A program made the position numbers and the translations under genes. Positions 1-10,294 of a stretch of 64,000 nucleotides of DNA are shown here, in pieces; the stretch's first letter is position 1, and every line of letters begins with the position of its first letter. Below the pieces are notes generated by a model. That model made no database searches, had not been told where the DNA came from, and saw nothing but the letters and a program-made list of their open reading frames with translations. This DNA is from a bacterium (GTDB lineage: Bacteria; Zhuqueibacterota; Zhuqueibacteria; Residuimicrobiales; Krinioviventaceae): positions 3,488,001 to 3,552,000 of the forward strand of contig OY843751.1 in assembly GCA_963693055.1 (NCBI GenBank). Reading direction: 5' to 3'.

Positions 1-226
1 CTTTTGAGAGCCTTGCTGCCTGAATATGTACATCCCTGCTTTTATCAGAAACACCTTCATACCAGCATGCCAGTAACGAACCGTCAGGGCACTCTACTAT
101 TGAAGACGCATGGGTATGCCCATGCAGTTTTTCATCCGGTTGGAAAATAAATTCTCCCTGTATACCGGATTGAGAAAACAACATAGCAGGTAATAGTACA
201 ATATAAAGTAATAAAAAGTTTTTCAT
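1..226 (-). CDS. BNR/sialidase-like secreted protein, N-terminal part (runs off window start)
   Basis: Not in the ORF track. Manual translation from ATG 226: MKNFLLLYIVLLPAMLFSQSGIQGEFIFQPDEKLHGHTHASSIVECPDGSLLACWYEG..., i.e. a signal peptide plus the same HTHxSSIVECPxGxLLACW motif as 2667..3833. GGAGG RBS upstream. Confidence 0.85.
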   Translation of the reverse strand, partial: MKNFLLLYIVLLPAMLFSQSGIQGEFIFQPDEKLHGHTHASSIVECPDGSLLACWYEGVSDKSRDVHIQAARLSK

Positions 227-227
227 A

Positions 228-2654
228 TTACCTCCGATTTTTCGGATCCCATGGGGGTACAAGACCTAACGCGTCCGGAGTTTTGGATATATAATACAGT
301 TCAAATTTCCACCAACTGTATCCATGTTCCGGAAAATCTGATAAATATAATGTAACCGTATAATCATTATCTTTTGAAGGCTGTTCAAGAATAAACGGAT
401 GAAATGAACGGGATTGAATGTCTACGGGTATGACAGTATATTCCTCAAGTGGAAGTTTATCGAAAAAATCAGATTTCATTTCCTGTATCTGGTCATAACG
501 CAAATGCTCAACAATGAGTGAATCAAGCCTGATATGCAACAGATCACGACCATCTACCCTACCCTGCCAATACAATAATTTGACTGCATCAGCTTGATTT
601 TCTTCAAGAATTGCAGCGTATTTTGCCTGCTGATCATCAATAATCTCATCAATTTCCGTATCATTGGGTGCATGCTTTAATACAGCTATTGCAGCTTGCG
701 GATCTTTGAGCATTTCTTTTGCATTAACCAGTAATTGTTCAGGACCATCCAGACGGTAGATGCAATTTGGCGTATTCTTGAACGAGTGGATTGCGGTTTT
801 CAACTGCATTGCAGACAATTCCAAAGCCAATCGGTTCTTTTCTTCTTGTTGATCCCGATAATTAAAATAAGCAAACAAAGTTTTAACATACAAATTATTG
901 CATTCTATCAAACCATATGTCAAATCAACAGAATTCTTGATATCATCAAGTGTATCCGGCAACTGCGATGCGATAATCTTCATTTTTTTGCCGAGGTCTA
1001 AGCCATAGTCCAGATACAATAGCGTCTCGGTTTGCCATGGATTACAGCGGTAATAGATCTTTTCCAGAAATTCCATGTGTTTTCTGCCGCCGTCTAATTT
1101 TGGCAAACCCTTTGCCGGGAATGTGGTTAATCGTAATTGCAATAAAGAGTTGAATTGCCAATGCGAAACCGGTTCAATATAGAGTCCATACTTGTATGCA
1201 TTGGGAGACATGAGCAGCAAATCAGCCAGGTGATCTGCATACTCGGTTGAAGCATATAGTTTGCTAAAATCCTGGGCAATTTGACGGATATCTTGATTCA
1301 TGTTCCAGGATAACCGGTAGACGGTATATGCCGTTAAAGACCAGGTATTCCATTTCATCTGTGGTTGCAAGCCAAAGTCTGTTCCCACACAATTAGAGGT
1401 CTCTCCACTAAAGATGGTCCGCAATCCATTTTGATAATACGCCGCAGGATAGGTTGGAAATATAAAAGCATTATTGTGACCATGATAATCGAGTGGAGAC
1501 AATAATACAATCATATTGTGTGGAGTTTGATTAAAAGTGGGATTATAGGGCTGATGAAAATACCGGTCTGTTGTACTTAGATAGGGTGATAAATACAGGT
1601 CCCTGACCGGAACATCATCTGTAAATATACCTTTATACACCTCTGCCATGGAATGTTGTTCATGGGCACTGGTAACCCAGGTGCGTTGATAATAGATCTT
1701 GCCAAACTCGCCAACAACAACATTATAGATCTTTTTCACAAAGGTACGATAGCGTTTTTCCAGGCTCCAATCGCTTAAAGTCTTGTCGTGCATAACATCA
1801 AATGCCCTGAAATTACCACCAACTCGTGTTGCTTCACCTGTACGCAATCGGATGCCATCTATTTCCGGTAATGCCTGCAAGAGACGTCTATACTTTGCCT
1901 GTACCGCATCCCAAAACACAGGGTCTTCAGGATTTAAAGTGGCCCCAAACTCGTCTAACAAGGTTGGATGATAGGAAAATTCATCTTCATAAACAAAATA
2001 TTTCAGGTGCAATGAATGGGCATATTCGGCAAGCGCTTTTACTTTTAAACGATTTTTTTCATTTTCGGTTCTCTCGGGCTCTGCATCCCAGGGGACCAGA
2101 TGATTGGAAGAATAACTGCCACATACCCATGTAGCGCCATAACGCAAAGCAATATGCATATCTTCCTTGCTTGCCCCACGGGTAAACCGGATTTTCAAAT
2201 CGGGTATACGTAATTCGTTCAACTCGGGCATACTTTTTTGTATTTTGAGTTGATCCCAAATGCGATACAAGGCATAAACTTCTGCGGGGATGCTGGCACC
2301 TGCTGTAACCACTACAGTTTTACCATCCAGGAACAGCGTTTTTATTTCGTATCCCTGTTCATCAGAGATGGATTCAAGCTCCAGCTCTTGCTTTTCGATC
2401 AGTTTTGCAACAAGATCATTCCGCTCCGGCGATCCCACCAGCAGCGTATGATCTGCAAGTTTCATTTTATAACTAGTTGACAGTTCAATACCAACATCCT
2501 CACATGCGGATTGTAAATCCTGCATTGCTAGCTGAACGGCGGCATCCTGGGCAAGCTCCTTATTAATAACTATACGCCAATTGTTTTGACCGGCAAATAC
2601 AAATCCCGTCATCAGGATAATTAATACAATTCCTGCTCTCATTTTCCCAACCAT
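228..2654 (-). CDS. Secreted glycoside-hydrolase-like protein (GH20/GH67-type N-terminal domain plus probable barrel; family unassigned)
   Basis: 808-aa ORF with signal peptide. The N-terminal 'QGYEIKT...VVVTAGAS...YALY' pattern is typical of GH20b/GH67N domains. Lies among sialidase-like genes. Confidence 0.55.
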   Translation of the reverse strand: MVGKMRAGIVLIILMTGFVFAGQNNWRIVINKELAQDAAVQLAMQDLQSACEDVGIELSTSYKMKLADHTLLVGSPERNDLVAKLIEKQELELESISDEQGYEIKTLFLDGKTVVVTAGASIPAEVYALYRIWDQLKIQKSMPELNELRIPDLKIRFTRGASKEDMHIALRYGATWVCGSYSSNHLVPWDAEPERTENEKNRLKVKALAEYAHSLHLKYFVYEDEFSYHPTLLDEFGATLNPEDPVFWDAVQAKYRRLLQALPEIDGIRLRTGEATRVGGNFRAFDVMHDKTLSDWSLEKRYRTFVKKIYNVVVGEFGKIYYQRTWVTSAHEQHSMAEVYKGIFTDDVPVRDLYLSPYLSTTDRYFHQPYNPTFNQTPHNMIVLLSPLDYHGHNNAFIFPTYPAAYYQNGLRTIFSGETSNCVGTDFGLQPQMKWNTWSLTAYTVYRLSWNMNQDIRQIAQDFSKLYASTEYADHLADLLLMSPNAYKYGLYIEPVSHWQFNSLLQLRLTTFPAKGLPKLDGGRKHMEFLEKIYYRCNPWQTETLLYLDYGLDLGKKMKIIASQLPDTLDDIKNSVDLTYGLIECNNLYVKTLFAYFNYRDQQEEKNRLALELSAMQLKTAIHSFKNTPNCIYRLDGPEQLLVNAKEMLKDPQAAIAVLKHAPNDTEIDEIIDDQQAKYAAILEENQADAVKLLYWQGRVDGRDLLHIRLDSLIVEHLRYDQIQEMKSDFFDKLPLEEYTVIPVDIQSRSFHPFILEQPSKDNDYTVTLYLSDFPEHGYSWWKFELYYISKTPDALGLVPPWDPKNRR

Positions 2655-2666
2655 TTAATACCCCGA

Positions 2667-3833
2667 TTATTTTTCCATAATCCAATCCGGTTCTACCGAT
2701 AGATATTTAATAGCTCTACCCGCTTTAACTTTATATGAATATGTCATGTGCAGCTTTCCATCTTTACCCTGAATAATTGAAGGATATGAAAACTCGGCTT
2801 TTCCATCAGCCTGGTATTCAATATGACGCTTCCATTTCCAGGTTGCACCTTCATCGTCAGACATGGCAAGCGCCAGAGAATGACGCCCATGCTCCACATC
2901 GTTAAACAAATTTACCCAGCGTCCGTCTTTTAGTGAAATCACTTCGAGACTTGAACCTGAATTGGGTATATCCGTATCAACAGCAGGTGACCAGGTTTCA
3001 CCATCATCTTTTGAAGTACTAATCAATACTCGATTCGGACCATCTCCGGCATCGCGTGAATATGCGACTATAGTGCCATCTTTTTTTCGTACCAATGTTG
3101 GTTGTTCTGGCGCGTACCCTACCAAAGGTAAACTTGCACGCCAGGTTTTCCCCATATCATCGCTAATTGCCATTAATCCAACAATAAATCCATCCGAGTA
3201 TAAAGGAAGCAAAATTCGTCCTGAAGGTAACACCAATGGATGGATTCGTGTCATCCATCCGGTTTGACGCTTGGGAGCATCCTGGGCAGCTTTTAATATG
3301 AGTTCCGAATAGGGAAGCGCATATTCGGCCCACATGCCTTCATCGCGATCAAGATATTTAAAAGCAGATTCAATTTCTTTTGCAAATGCATCACCTGGCT
3401 GCAGCAGAATAACATCCTGCCATTCCCAGTTGGGTGCGCCCTCTTTCATATAATCCGTTGTGTATCTGTATTTAAGGACAGAGTATTGCCATCCTTCTGC
3501 CTGAACAGCAATCCAAAACAGCCACAGTTTTTCATCTTTATCAATAAATAAAACAGGATTACAATCGGGCAGGTTGGGTGTATCTGCCATCAGGAACATG
3601 TCGCTCCACTCGGTTTCTCCCTTTTTCAAGCGGGCACCATTTACTACAACATCATTCGCTGTACGCTCACCGGAGCCATGAAACCAGCACGCCAACAGAT
3701 CGCCATTCGGACATTCAACAATACTGCTGCCATGGGTATGCTTGTCCTGTAGATCAAAGATCAGCTTTTCAACCGGTGCTTTTGCTAAAGACACCGTTGT
3801 GATCATAAATATCAGCAGTACAATTTTCTTCAT
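2667..3833 (-). CDS. BNR-repeat (Asp-box) sialidase-like beta-propeller protein
   Basis: Signal peptide; Asp boxes SDDMGKTW, SKDDGETW, SDDEGATW; C-terminal FSYPSI motif. Confidence 0.85.
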   Translation of the reverse strand: MKKIVLLIFMITTVSLAKAPVEKLIFDLQDKHTHGSSIVECPNGDLLACWFHGSGERTANDVVVNGARLKKGETEWSDMFLMADTPNLPDCNPVLFIDKDEKLWLFWIAVQAEGWQYSVLKYRYTTDYMKEGAPNWEWQDVILLQPGDAFAKEIESAFKYLDRDEGMWAEYALPYSELILKAAQDAPKRQTGWMTRIHPLVLPSGRILLPLYSDGFIVGLMAISDDMGKTWRASLPLVGYAPEQPTLVRKKDGTIVAYSRDAGDGPNRVLISTSKDDGETWSPAVDTDIPNSGSSLEVISLKDGRWVNLFNDVEHGRHSLALAMSDDEGATWKWKRHIEYQADGKAEFSYPSIIQGKDGKLHMTYSYKVKAGRAIKYLSVEPDWIMEK

Positions 3834-3859
3834 GGTACAACCTCCGAATTTTTATGTAA

Positions 3860-5779
3860 TTAGGGTTTTGCTATTTTCAATTCCTTTTCAGGTTCAACAA
3901 GCCTTGCATAAAAACCCCAACTTGCTCCCTGATTTTCAACTTTGGCAAGTAAAATATTTTTACCTTTTTTTAATTGTATATCCAGAAAATCCTGATCTGC
4001 TATGGCATTTCTTCCCCCGGTAAATGTATAAATAACCTCATCATTCAACCAGACTTTGGCACCATCATTACTTCCCAGGGTCAATGTTACGGTTCTATCA
4101 TCCGGACTGATAATAACAGCACAAGCATATACCATCCCAATCATTGCTGACCCTGCATAACGGCTGTCAGAATTATAGACTGAAATAAAATTCAGGTAAC
4201 CATTTTCAGCGGTCGTTATCGGCTTCCAGCTTACATTTCCCCCCAAACCTTTATAGGTATTCTCGAATACCAGTTCTTTTTCCGGAGGATATACCTGATC
4301 AAGACCCGTTCCCGTTTCAAAAGGACCCACAACCTGCCAGTCGCGAATAAATCCATCTGTGGTATTGTGAAGTTCCCACCAATCCTTCAAACGACCGGGT
4401 TTGTCAAAGGCAGAACTGTTTTCAATACTGCGCGATTTACCCTGCAAATGAAAAACCTCCAGCGCATTCTCTCGTAATATTCGGCTGGCAATATCTATTG
4501 CCTCCTGCTCCAATAGATATCCGGATTCAACTTTTTCTACAAGTACATCTGCAACAATCTTTCTTGCCATAACCGAATGCGCGTACACACATTCAACCAC
4601 ACTGAAATCGCCTCCAAAAGCAAGGATCTTGTTAGAGGGAACGGTTTCGATCCATTCGTGCAAATAACGTTTTGCATAGGATGGAGATATTATATGCGTC
4701 CAGCACATATCTATATATACATTGGGAAAATTCTTGGCAAGTGTAGACAATTCACCGCCATAGGGATAACTGCCATGAAAAATGCAAAAATCCACATTGG
4801 GATATTCCATAAACAAATTCGCAAGATGAGTAGGATTCGAATTGGTGATTATATTCCCATTGCCCGCCTGCAGGCCTGTATGAACCTGGAAAGGCAAACC
4901 AAATTCGTCAGTAAGATCCAGTATACGATGCATAATATAATCCTGAAAGGATTGGATCTCTTGAGGAGATGCAGAAACATTACTATCCATCAGCTTGGCG
5001 AATATCATTTCAGCGGCATCATCGGGTACATTTTCATATTTTAGTATACGATTATAAGCCATTCCGGATTTTACCGCTACAATTCCATATCCCTCTGCTT
5101 GCAGGAAAGCATTTCGCAATGCCGTTTTTACATCTGTTAATTGATGAATTTGAACACCATATCTATTCCCTATCTTTTCAAAATCAGCAGGTGAGGTCAA
5201 CCAGAAAAATTCACCAAAGCGTTCCGCATGGCGGTAAAATTCCTTGTCCAGCTTTCTATGCCCCTGGTCCTGAATAGACAGCTCAATATTAGCCATGTCT
5301 TTTAAAATGTGTCGATACAAGCCGGGTTTTGTGGCTTCTCTAATTTTTTGAGACAATTCTTCAATGGTGTTTTCATTGATATCATCGATTTGGTAAATAT
5401 CACGTGCGGCGATCATGGGGAATCTGCCATATGCGGTTGAGCGCATGGCATTATAGTATGGCTCAAACAATTGCCAACGATCTTTGAGCGGGAAACCCTG
5501 TCCAAAAATGATTTCAATGATGCCTTTATCATTGGATGCCGAGATGAGATCTTCTTTGGCATAATGACTAAACAGGTAGGTGAAATCGAGTCGGTCTGCC
5601 ATTGCCAGGCGTTCTTCCTCGGTAATCAGGTGCTCATGCGTATCGATAATACGGATATCATTAACAAACTGACGGATTCTTTGCTCGAATCCCGGTTCAG
5701 GGGGAGCAACAAGTTGAATTTGGGTGAAACCAGTTACTGCGAAAAAAACAACAAACAGAAAACAACCTTTGAATTTCAT
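3860..5779 (-). CDS. Secreted amidohydrolase-superfamily protein with C-terminal PA14-like beta domain
   Basis: IDTHEH, QVHTG, FHGSYPY, IDMCW and FGGD metal-barrel motifs; C-terminal 'GSNDGAKVWLN...LKKGKNILLAKV'. Start moved to ATG 5779, which follows GGAGG. Confidence 0.75.
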   Translation of the reverse strand: MKFKGCFLFVVFFAVTGFTQIQLVAPPEPGFEQRIRQFVNDIRIIDTHEHLITEEERLAMADRLDFTYLFSHYAKEDLISASNDKGIIEIIFGQGFPLKDRWQLFEPYYNAMRSTAYGRFPMIAARDIYQIDDINENTIEELSQKIREATKPGLYRHILKDMANIELSIQDQGHRKLDKEFYRHAERFGEFFWLTSPADFEKIGNRYGVQIHQLTDVKTALRNAFLQAEGYGIVAVKSGMAYNRILKYENVPDDAAEMIFAKLMDSNVSASPQEIQSFQDYIMHRILDLTDEFGLPFQVHTGLQAGNGNIITNSNPTHLANLFMEYPNVDFCIFHGSYPYGGELSTLAKNFPNVYIDMCWTHIISPSYAKRYLHEWIETVPSNKILAFGGDFSVVECVYAHSVMARKIVADVLVEKVESGYLLEQEAIDIASRILRENALEVFHLQGKSRSIENSSAFDKPGRLKDWWELHNTTDGFIRDWQVVGPFETGTGLDQVYPPEKELVFENTYKGLGGNVSWKPITTAENGYLNFISVYNSDSRYAGSAMIGMVYACAVIISPDDRTVTLTLGSNDGAKVWLNDEVIYTFTGGRNAIADQDFLDIQLKKGKNILLAKVENQGASWGFYARLVEPEKELKIAKP

Positions 5780-5815
5780 CCCTGCCTCCAAGTATGAAAT
5801 TTACCCAACCAATCC

Positions 5816-5877
5816 AGTTAGGCAATCGTTTGCCTAACTTTAGAAAAAATTTCCCAATAGGGTTTATCTATTGGGAA
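5816..5877. promoter_or_regulatory. Two adjacent inverted repeats in the leader of the amidohydrolase/sialidase operon
   Basis: agttaggcaa-tcgt-ttgcctaact (5816-5839) and ttcccaatag-N7-ctattgggaa (5851-5877). Confidence 0.45.
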
Positions 5878-5907
5878 TATATTTTTACAACAATTAATAA
5901 CTAGTTC

Positions 5908-5935
5908 AATATAAGAATAAAGAATTAAAATGCAA
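5908..5935 (-). promoter_or_regulatory. Putative sigma70-type promoter
   Basis: Minus strand TTGCAT-16 nt-TATATT. Confidence 0.35.
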
Positions 5936-5997
5936 GAATAAATATTGAAGGAACATGTAAGACAAGGGGTTTTGCAATATGTAATTTTTTTTCAGCA

Positions 5998-7056
5998 TTA
6001 ATTATCAATTAATCCCATTTTTTGAGCACGTTCCTGCCATTTCTTTCGGGCAAGTTCCTGCATGTCTGCATTTGTATCATTTTCATCAAGAATCTCTAAT
6101 CCTAACAAGGTCTCGATGATATCTTCCATAGTCACAACACCATTCAAAGCGCCATATTCATCAACTACAAGTGCAATGTGCTCACGTGCATCGATTAAAT
6201 TTTCGAAAAGTACCGGTAGCTCAAGCTTTGTATTAACAGTGATAATTTTTCTTTTAAACTGTTCAAGAGACATAGGACCTTTATTATCTGCAAGATGTTT
6301 TAACACATCATCCTTGAGGATATATCCCGTAATATTGTCCTGTTTTTCCAAAAACACAGGTATGCGTGAAAATTTAACATCTTTGAAATGTTCGTGAAAC
6401 TCTAATACATCCAGATCCTGACTCGCAATACTCAAAACAGTACGAGGTGTCATAATATCACCAGCTGTAATGGCTTTGAAATTCAGCAAGCTTTTAATGA
6501 TTCGGTATTCAGATTCTTGCAGCACACCTTTTTCAGCTCCCAGTTCTGCCATAGCGGCTAGATCCGTGCGACTGAGAACACTCTTGTGAGCATTTTTACC
6601 AATCAACCGGGTTACAAGTTGCGCGGACCAAATAATACCTGTCCATTTTAAAGGGAAAATTAATATCAAAAGTGCTTTTGAAGTAAAATTTGCAAGCTGT
6701 TTCCAATAGGTTGCTCCAATAGTCTTGGGGATAATTTCAGAAACAACCAGGATCAGAAAGGTCATGATTGCAGATACAATGCCCACCATATGATTTCCGG
6801 TACCAAAGGCATTTTCAGATTGAACACCAACAAGGATAGCTCCAACCGTATGAGCTATGGTATTCAAGGTAAGAATTGCGATAAGAGGCTTATCAATATC
6901 TTTCTTCAATGCTTCAAGAGTTAGAGCATAGCTCTTGCCCTCTTGCTTTTTGACATTGATAAATGTAGGGGTGATGCTGAGTAAAACTGCTTCAAAAATT
7001 GAGCATAAAAACGAAAAAAAGATTGCAATAAAAGCATAAAAAACCAAGAGTGCCAT
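5998..7056 (-). CDS. CNNM/DUF21 + CBS-pair membrane protein (hemolysin/CorC-like metal transport family)
   Basis: FLCSIFEAVLLS, ILTLNTIAH, SEIIPKT, IMTPR, FSRIPV and VVDEYG..GVVTMEDIIE motifs. Confidence 0.9.
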   Translation of the reverse strand: MALLVFYAFIAIFFSFLCSIFEAVLLSITPTFINVKKQEGKSYALTLEALKKDIDKPLIAILTLNTIAHTVGAILVGVQSENAFGTGNHMVGIVSAIMTFLILVVSEIIPKTIGATYWKQLANFTSKALLILIFPLKWTGIIWSAQLVTRLIGKNAHKSVLSRTDLAAMAELGAEKGVLQESEYRIIKSLLNFKAITAGDIMTPRTVLSIASQDLDVLEFHEHFKDVKFSRIPVFLEKQDNITGYILKDDVLKHLADNKGPMSLEQFKRKIITVNTKLELPVLFENLIDAREHIALVVDEYGALNGVVTMEDIIETLLGLEILDENDTNADMQELARKKWQERAQKMGLIDN

Positions 7057-7126
7057 AAACTTTCCACCTGTTAATACCCTGTTATGTACAAAAAGATAAA
7101 AAGATTTATGCTTAATTGCAATCTTT

Positions 7127-7148
7127 TAACCCGCATTGCTGCGGGTTA
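7127..7148 (-). terminator. Hairpin after the last PKD paralogue
   Basis: taacccgca-ttgc-tgcgggtta, 11 nt after the stop codon; U-tract poor on the minus strand. Confidence 0.5.
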
Positions 7149-7159
7149 TTTTTAATATA

Positions 7160-10100
7160 TTATTTCAACAAAATGCATTTTTGAATTTTGCTATATCCTT
7201 CCGTCACCATCCGGATGAAATACGTTCCTGATGAATGATGGCCCGCCTGCCAGTTGATTGTATACCTGCCGGGGGATTTGTGTTCATCCACAAGCGTTTC
7301 CACCAGGCTGCCGTTGACATTATAAATGCTCAAGGTAACATGCTGTGCTTTAGGTACATCAAAGGTGATATTCGTAGTGGGATTGAACGGATTCGGATAA
7401 CTACCATACAACGCAAAGCTGGTTGGTTGTTCAGACATGCCCGCAATACCGGTCGGGAATTGTACCGAAATATAATCCGTTTTTGACAATTTGGCTATGC
7501 CCCCCGGCCCTGTAACAATCAGCGTTACCGTATAGGTATCCACTTTGGTGTAAACATGCTGCGGGTGTTGATCTGTACTATTATTACCATCACCAAAGTC
7601 CCAGAACCAGGTATTAATGGGACCTTTTGAACTGTCACTAAATTGTATTGTCAAAGGCGCTGGGCCTTCGTTTACATCCGCACAAAATTTTGCAACCGGA
7701 AGAGGTTCAGTTACAATGATAAAAGCCTCTTTTACCATCTGGTCAGCCCCGTCAGGACCACTTGCAGTCAGTGTTACATCAAAAGTATCAACAGATGTAT
7801 ATACATGAACGGGATTTTGATCGGTGCTGGTAAATCCATCTCCAAAATCCCACAACCACGCATCAACCGAGCCAGTTGACTCGTCTGTAAATGTGACAGT
7901 CATAGGATTTTCACCATGGGTGATATCCGCACTAAACGCAGCTACCGGTGATGTATCTGATACATACGCTGTGTAGGTTTTGCTGTCACTCCCCTCTGAA
8001 TTACTTGCAGTCAACGTGACATTATAGGTATCATTTACCGCAAAGGTATGCTCCGGACTCTGTTCAATACTGCTTTCGCCATCTCCAAAATCCCAGTACC
8101 AGTTTTCAATATATCCAGTAGACTGGTCCGTAAACTGTACTGTTAATGGTGCGGCCCCAATTTTAGACTGATGGGTAAAATCTGCTACCGGAGGTACTGT
8201 TGATCCAAGACTCAATATTACTAAATATTGACTCTCCGCACCAATAGCGCCCTCTGCCATGTTTCCGCCAAGGACTATTCGTTCCCCCGCATCAACCGAT
8301 TTGCGATGTAAAGTAAAAAATCCGAGTCCTTCGCTGGAGTTAATGGGTCTATGGGAATGGTAATAATCATTTGAAATCCAGTTCGGCGGTGAGGTTGCGC
8401 GGCTGTCATAAGCGATATAGACATAACTGTGACATTTAAATAAAATTGAACATAATGAATCCAAAGTATTGTTCTTTTCAATGCTTGGTGTTTGCAGCCA
8501 TACTACTTTATAATAATCATCAAATGATGAAGTGAGGTAATAGTTACTATCGATGTAATAGTTATCACCTGCCTGCAGGTAATCTAGATTAAAACGAGTG
8601 GAATCACTAATAATGACTTGTGTAATGGGTTGTTTATCACAAATACGGTAAGCATTGAGAGCAATTGAATCCGGTAATAAATAATTATTTACATTAAAAT
8701 ATTTTAACACGTGACCCGGCTCTTTATCAAACCCAAACCAAAGAGACAACACACCTGCTTCTCCTGTACTTTCATCATCATTTAAAATGGAATACAAAAC
8801 ATTAGAATCGCATACAGATGTTAAATCTTCCCACTCCTGAGTATTTACATTATGCTGGTTTGTAATTGCATTTCCTATTGCGGCTTGTGGTTTAACAGTA
8901 CCGGAACCTTTACCAATTGTAGCAACAGGTGCTGCCCCCAATTCTATACAAAATTTCACAGCGGTTTCAATATCATCACCACTATCAAGATTCAAATTAT
9001 AATAATATGGCAAATCAAGAAACGATTGATAGTTTTCAACATTACTCTCAATTAAAATATTTTCAAATTCCTGCTTTGTGACCGGATTATATCCAAATCT
9101 CATAAAGTCCATCGTATCATTTTGTACAACTTGCCAGGCATCAATTGATATATACGTTAACCCATCTGCCAATTGCACATGCATCAATTGATCACCCAAA
9201 GATTCTTCAAACCCCAGCCAAAGATCACAACCAGTGCCACTATGGTAATACATATCCTCAGAAAATGAAAAAGTCAGGTAACCTTTGCTGCCATAGGGTG
9301 TCAAGTCCTGCCATTGTGTAACCCTATCGAAATCAAAAAGATACTCAGAACCAGGACTCGGTCCAATATTAAATCCAGGTCCATAAGGCTCTAGCTCTTC
9401 GTCTCCCTTGCCAATGATAACTGAGGGAGTCTGATCAAAGTGTAAACTTGTAAAAGAATAATTATATGAAATCTTGGGTCCTCCCATACCTAACTTGTAT
9501 ATATATGGTTGCGTAAATAACTCAGCAAAATCCTCAAGTCCATCATTTTCAAGTATAGATTGCATTTCATCAGTATATACGGTAGTATAAGAAATGCTTT
9601 CTTTGCAGACAGCATCAGGGAGATGATATCCCTGAACCGTAACCGTAATATCTTCATCACCTTGAAGATAAAAGGACAGGCTGTCTCCAACACTTTTAAT
9701 CTGACAAACCCACAAATCCAGTTCAAGAGGTTGTTCCCCTTCTTGGATAGGAGAAAAGATATAATCCGGATAACATTCAATTAATTCATACTTGTCTAAC
9801 GTATTAATCCAGGTATTAGAATTTGTAGAATTTAATTCAATTAGAGTTGACCACCTGTTTTCAATAATGATAGGATTTTCATCCGAAGCATTCTTAGACT
9901 TTATAAAATATGTTAAATTAATGTTACCAACTCTCAAGTTGTTTATGGTCTCAGCTATCCCAGCGGTTGTGGGGCCGGTTATATGCAAACGAAAAGCATA
10001 ACGATATTTGAATTCATCAATATACTCCTCAAGACCTTCCTCAGCAAGAATCTCACGCATTTCATCAATGGACAGTTTCTGATATTCAACAGGTACTTTT

Positions 10101-10228
10101 GCATAATCATCTACATAGTCTTCTTCCGGTGGTTTTTCTGATAAAATAGTTGGATCACCAATTTGCGCAAAACCCAGGCTAATTCCAAAACAATATACTA
10201 CCAGAATTAAAATCTGCCAAAATCTCAT
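7160..10228 (-). CDS. Secreted PKD-repeat protein with T9SS-type C-terminal sorting domain (paralogue D)
   Basis: Signal peptide; three PKD domains (WDFGDG..S..Q.P.H); YPNPFNPTTNITFDVP...GTYFIRM...KCILLK tail. Confidence 0.9.
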   Translation of the reverse strand: MRFWQILILVVYCFGISLGFAQIGDPTILSEKPPEEDYVDDYAKVPVEYQKLSIDEMREILAEEGLEEYIDEFKYRYAFRLHITGPTTAGIAETINNLRVGNINLTYFIKSKNASDENPIIIENRWSTLIELNSTNSNTWINTLDKYELIECYPDYIFSPIQEGEQPLELDLWVCQIKSVGDSLSFYLQGDEDITVTVQGYHLPDAVCKESISYTTVYTDEMQSILENDGLEDFAELFTQPYIYKLGMGGPKISYNYSFTSLHFDQTPSVIIGKGDEELEPYGPGFNIGPSPGSEYLFDFDRVTQWQDLTPYGSKGYLTFSFSEDMYYHSGTGCDLWLGFEESLGDQLMHVQLADGLTYISIDAWQVVQNDTMDFMRFGYNPVTKQEFENILIESNVENYQSFLDLPYYYNLNLDSGDDIETAVKFCIELGAAPVATIGKGSGTVKPQAAIGNAITNQHNVNTQEWEDLTSVCDSNVLYSILNDDESTGEAGVLSLWFGFDKEPGHVLKYFNVNNYLLPDSIALNAYRICDKQPITQVIISDSTRFNLDYLQAGDNYYIDSNYYLTSSFDDYYKVVWLQTPSIEKNNTLDSLCSILFKCHSYVYIAYDSRATSPPNWISNDYYHSHRPINSSEGLGFFTLHRKSVDAGERIVLGGNMAEGAIGAESQYLVILSLGSTVPPVADFTHQSKIGAAPLTVQFTDQSTGYIENWYWDFGDGESSIEQSPEHTFAVNDTYNVTLTASNSEGSDSKTYTAYVSDTSPVAAFSADITHGENPMTVTFTDESTGSVDAWLWDFGDGFTSTDQNPVHVYTSVDTFDVTLTASGPDGADQMVKEAFIIVTEPLPVAKFCADVNEGPAPLTIQFSDSSKGPINTWFWDFGDGNNSTDQHPQHVYTKVDTYTVTLIVTGPGGIAKLSKTDYISVQFPTGIAGMSEQPTSFALYGSYPNPFNPTTNITFDVPKAQHVTLSIYNVNGSLVETLVDEHKSPGRYTINWQAGHHSSGTYFIRMVTEGYSKIQKCILLK

Positions 10229-10258
10229 TTATAGTCCTTTTCTATAAAATATTAATCC

Positions 10259-10282
10259 CTGGCCCGTTATACAACGAGCCAG
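10259..10282 (-). repeat. Conserved intergenic hairpin, copy 1
   Basis: Minus strand CTGGCTCGTT-GTAT-AACGGGCCAG followed by GGATTAATAT. Confidence 0.7.
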
Positions 10283-10294
10283 ATAATGATCCGA

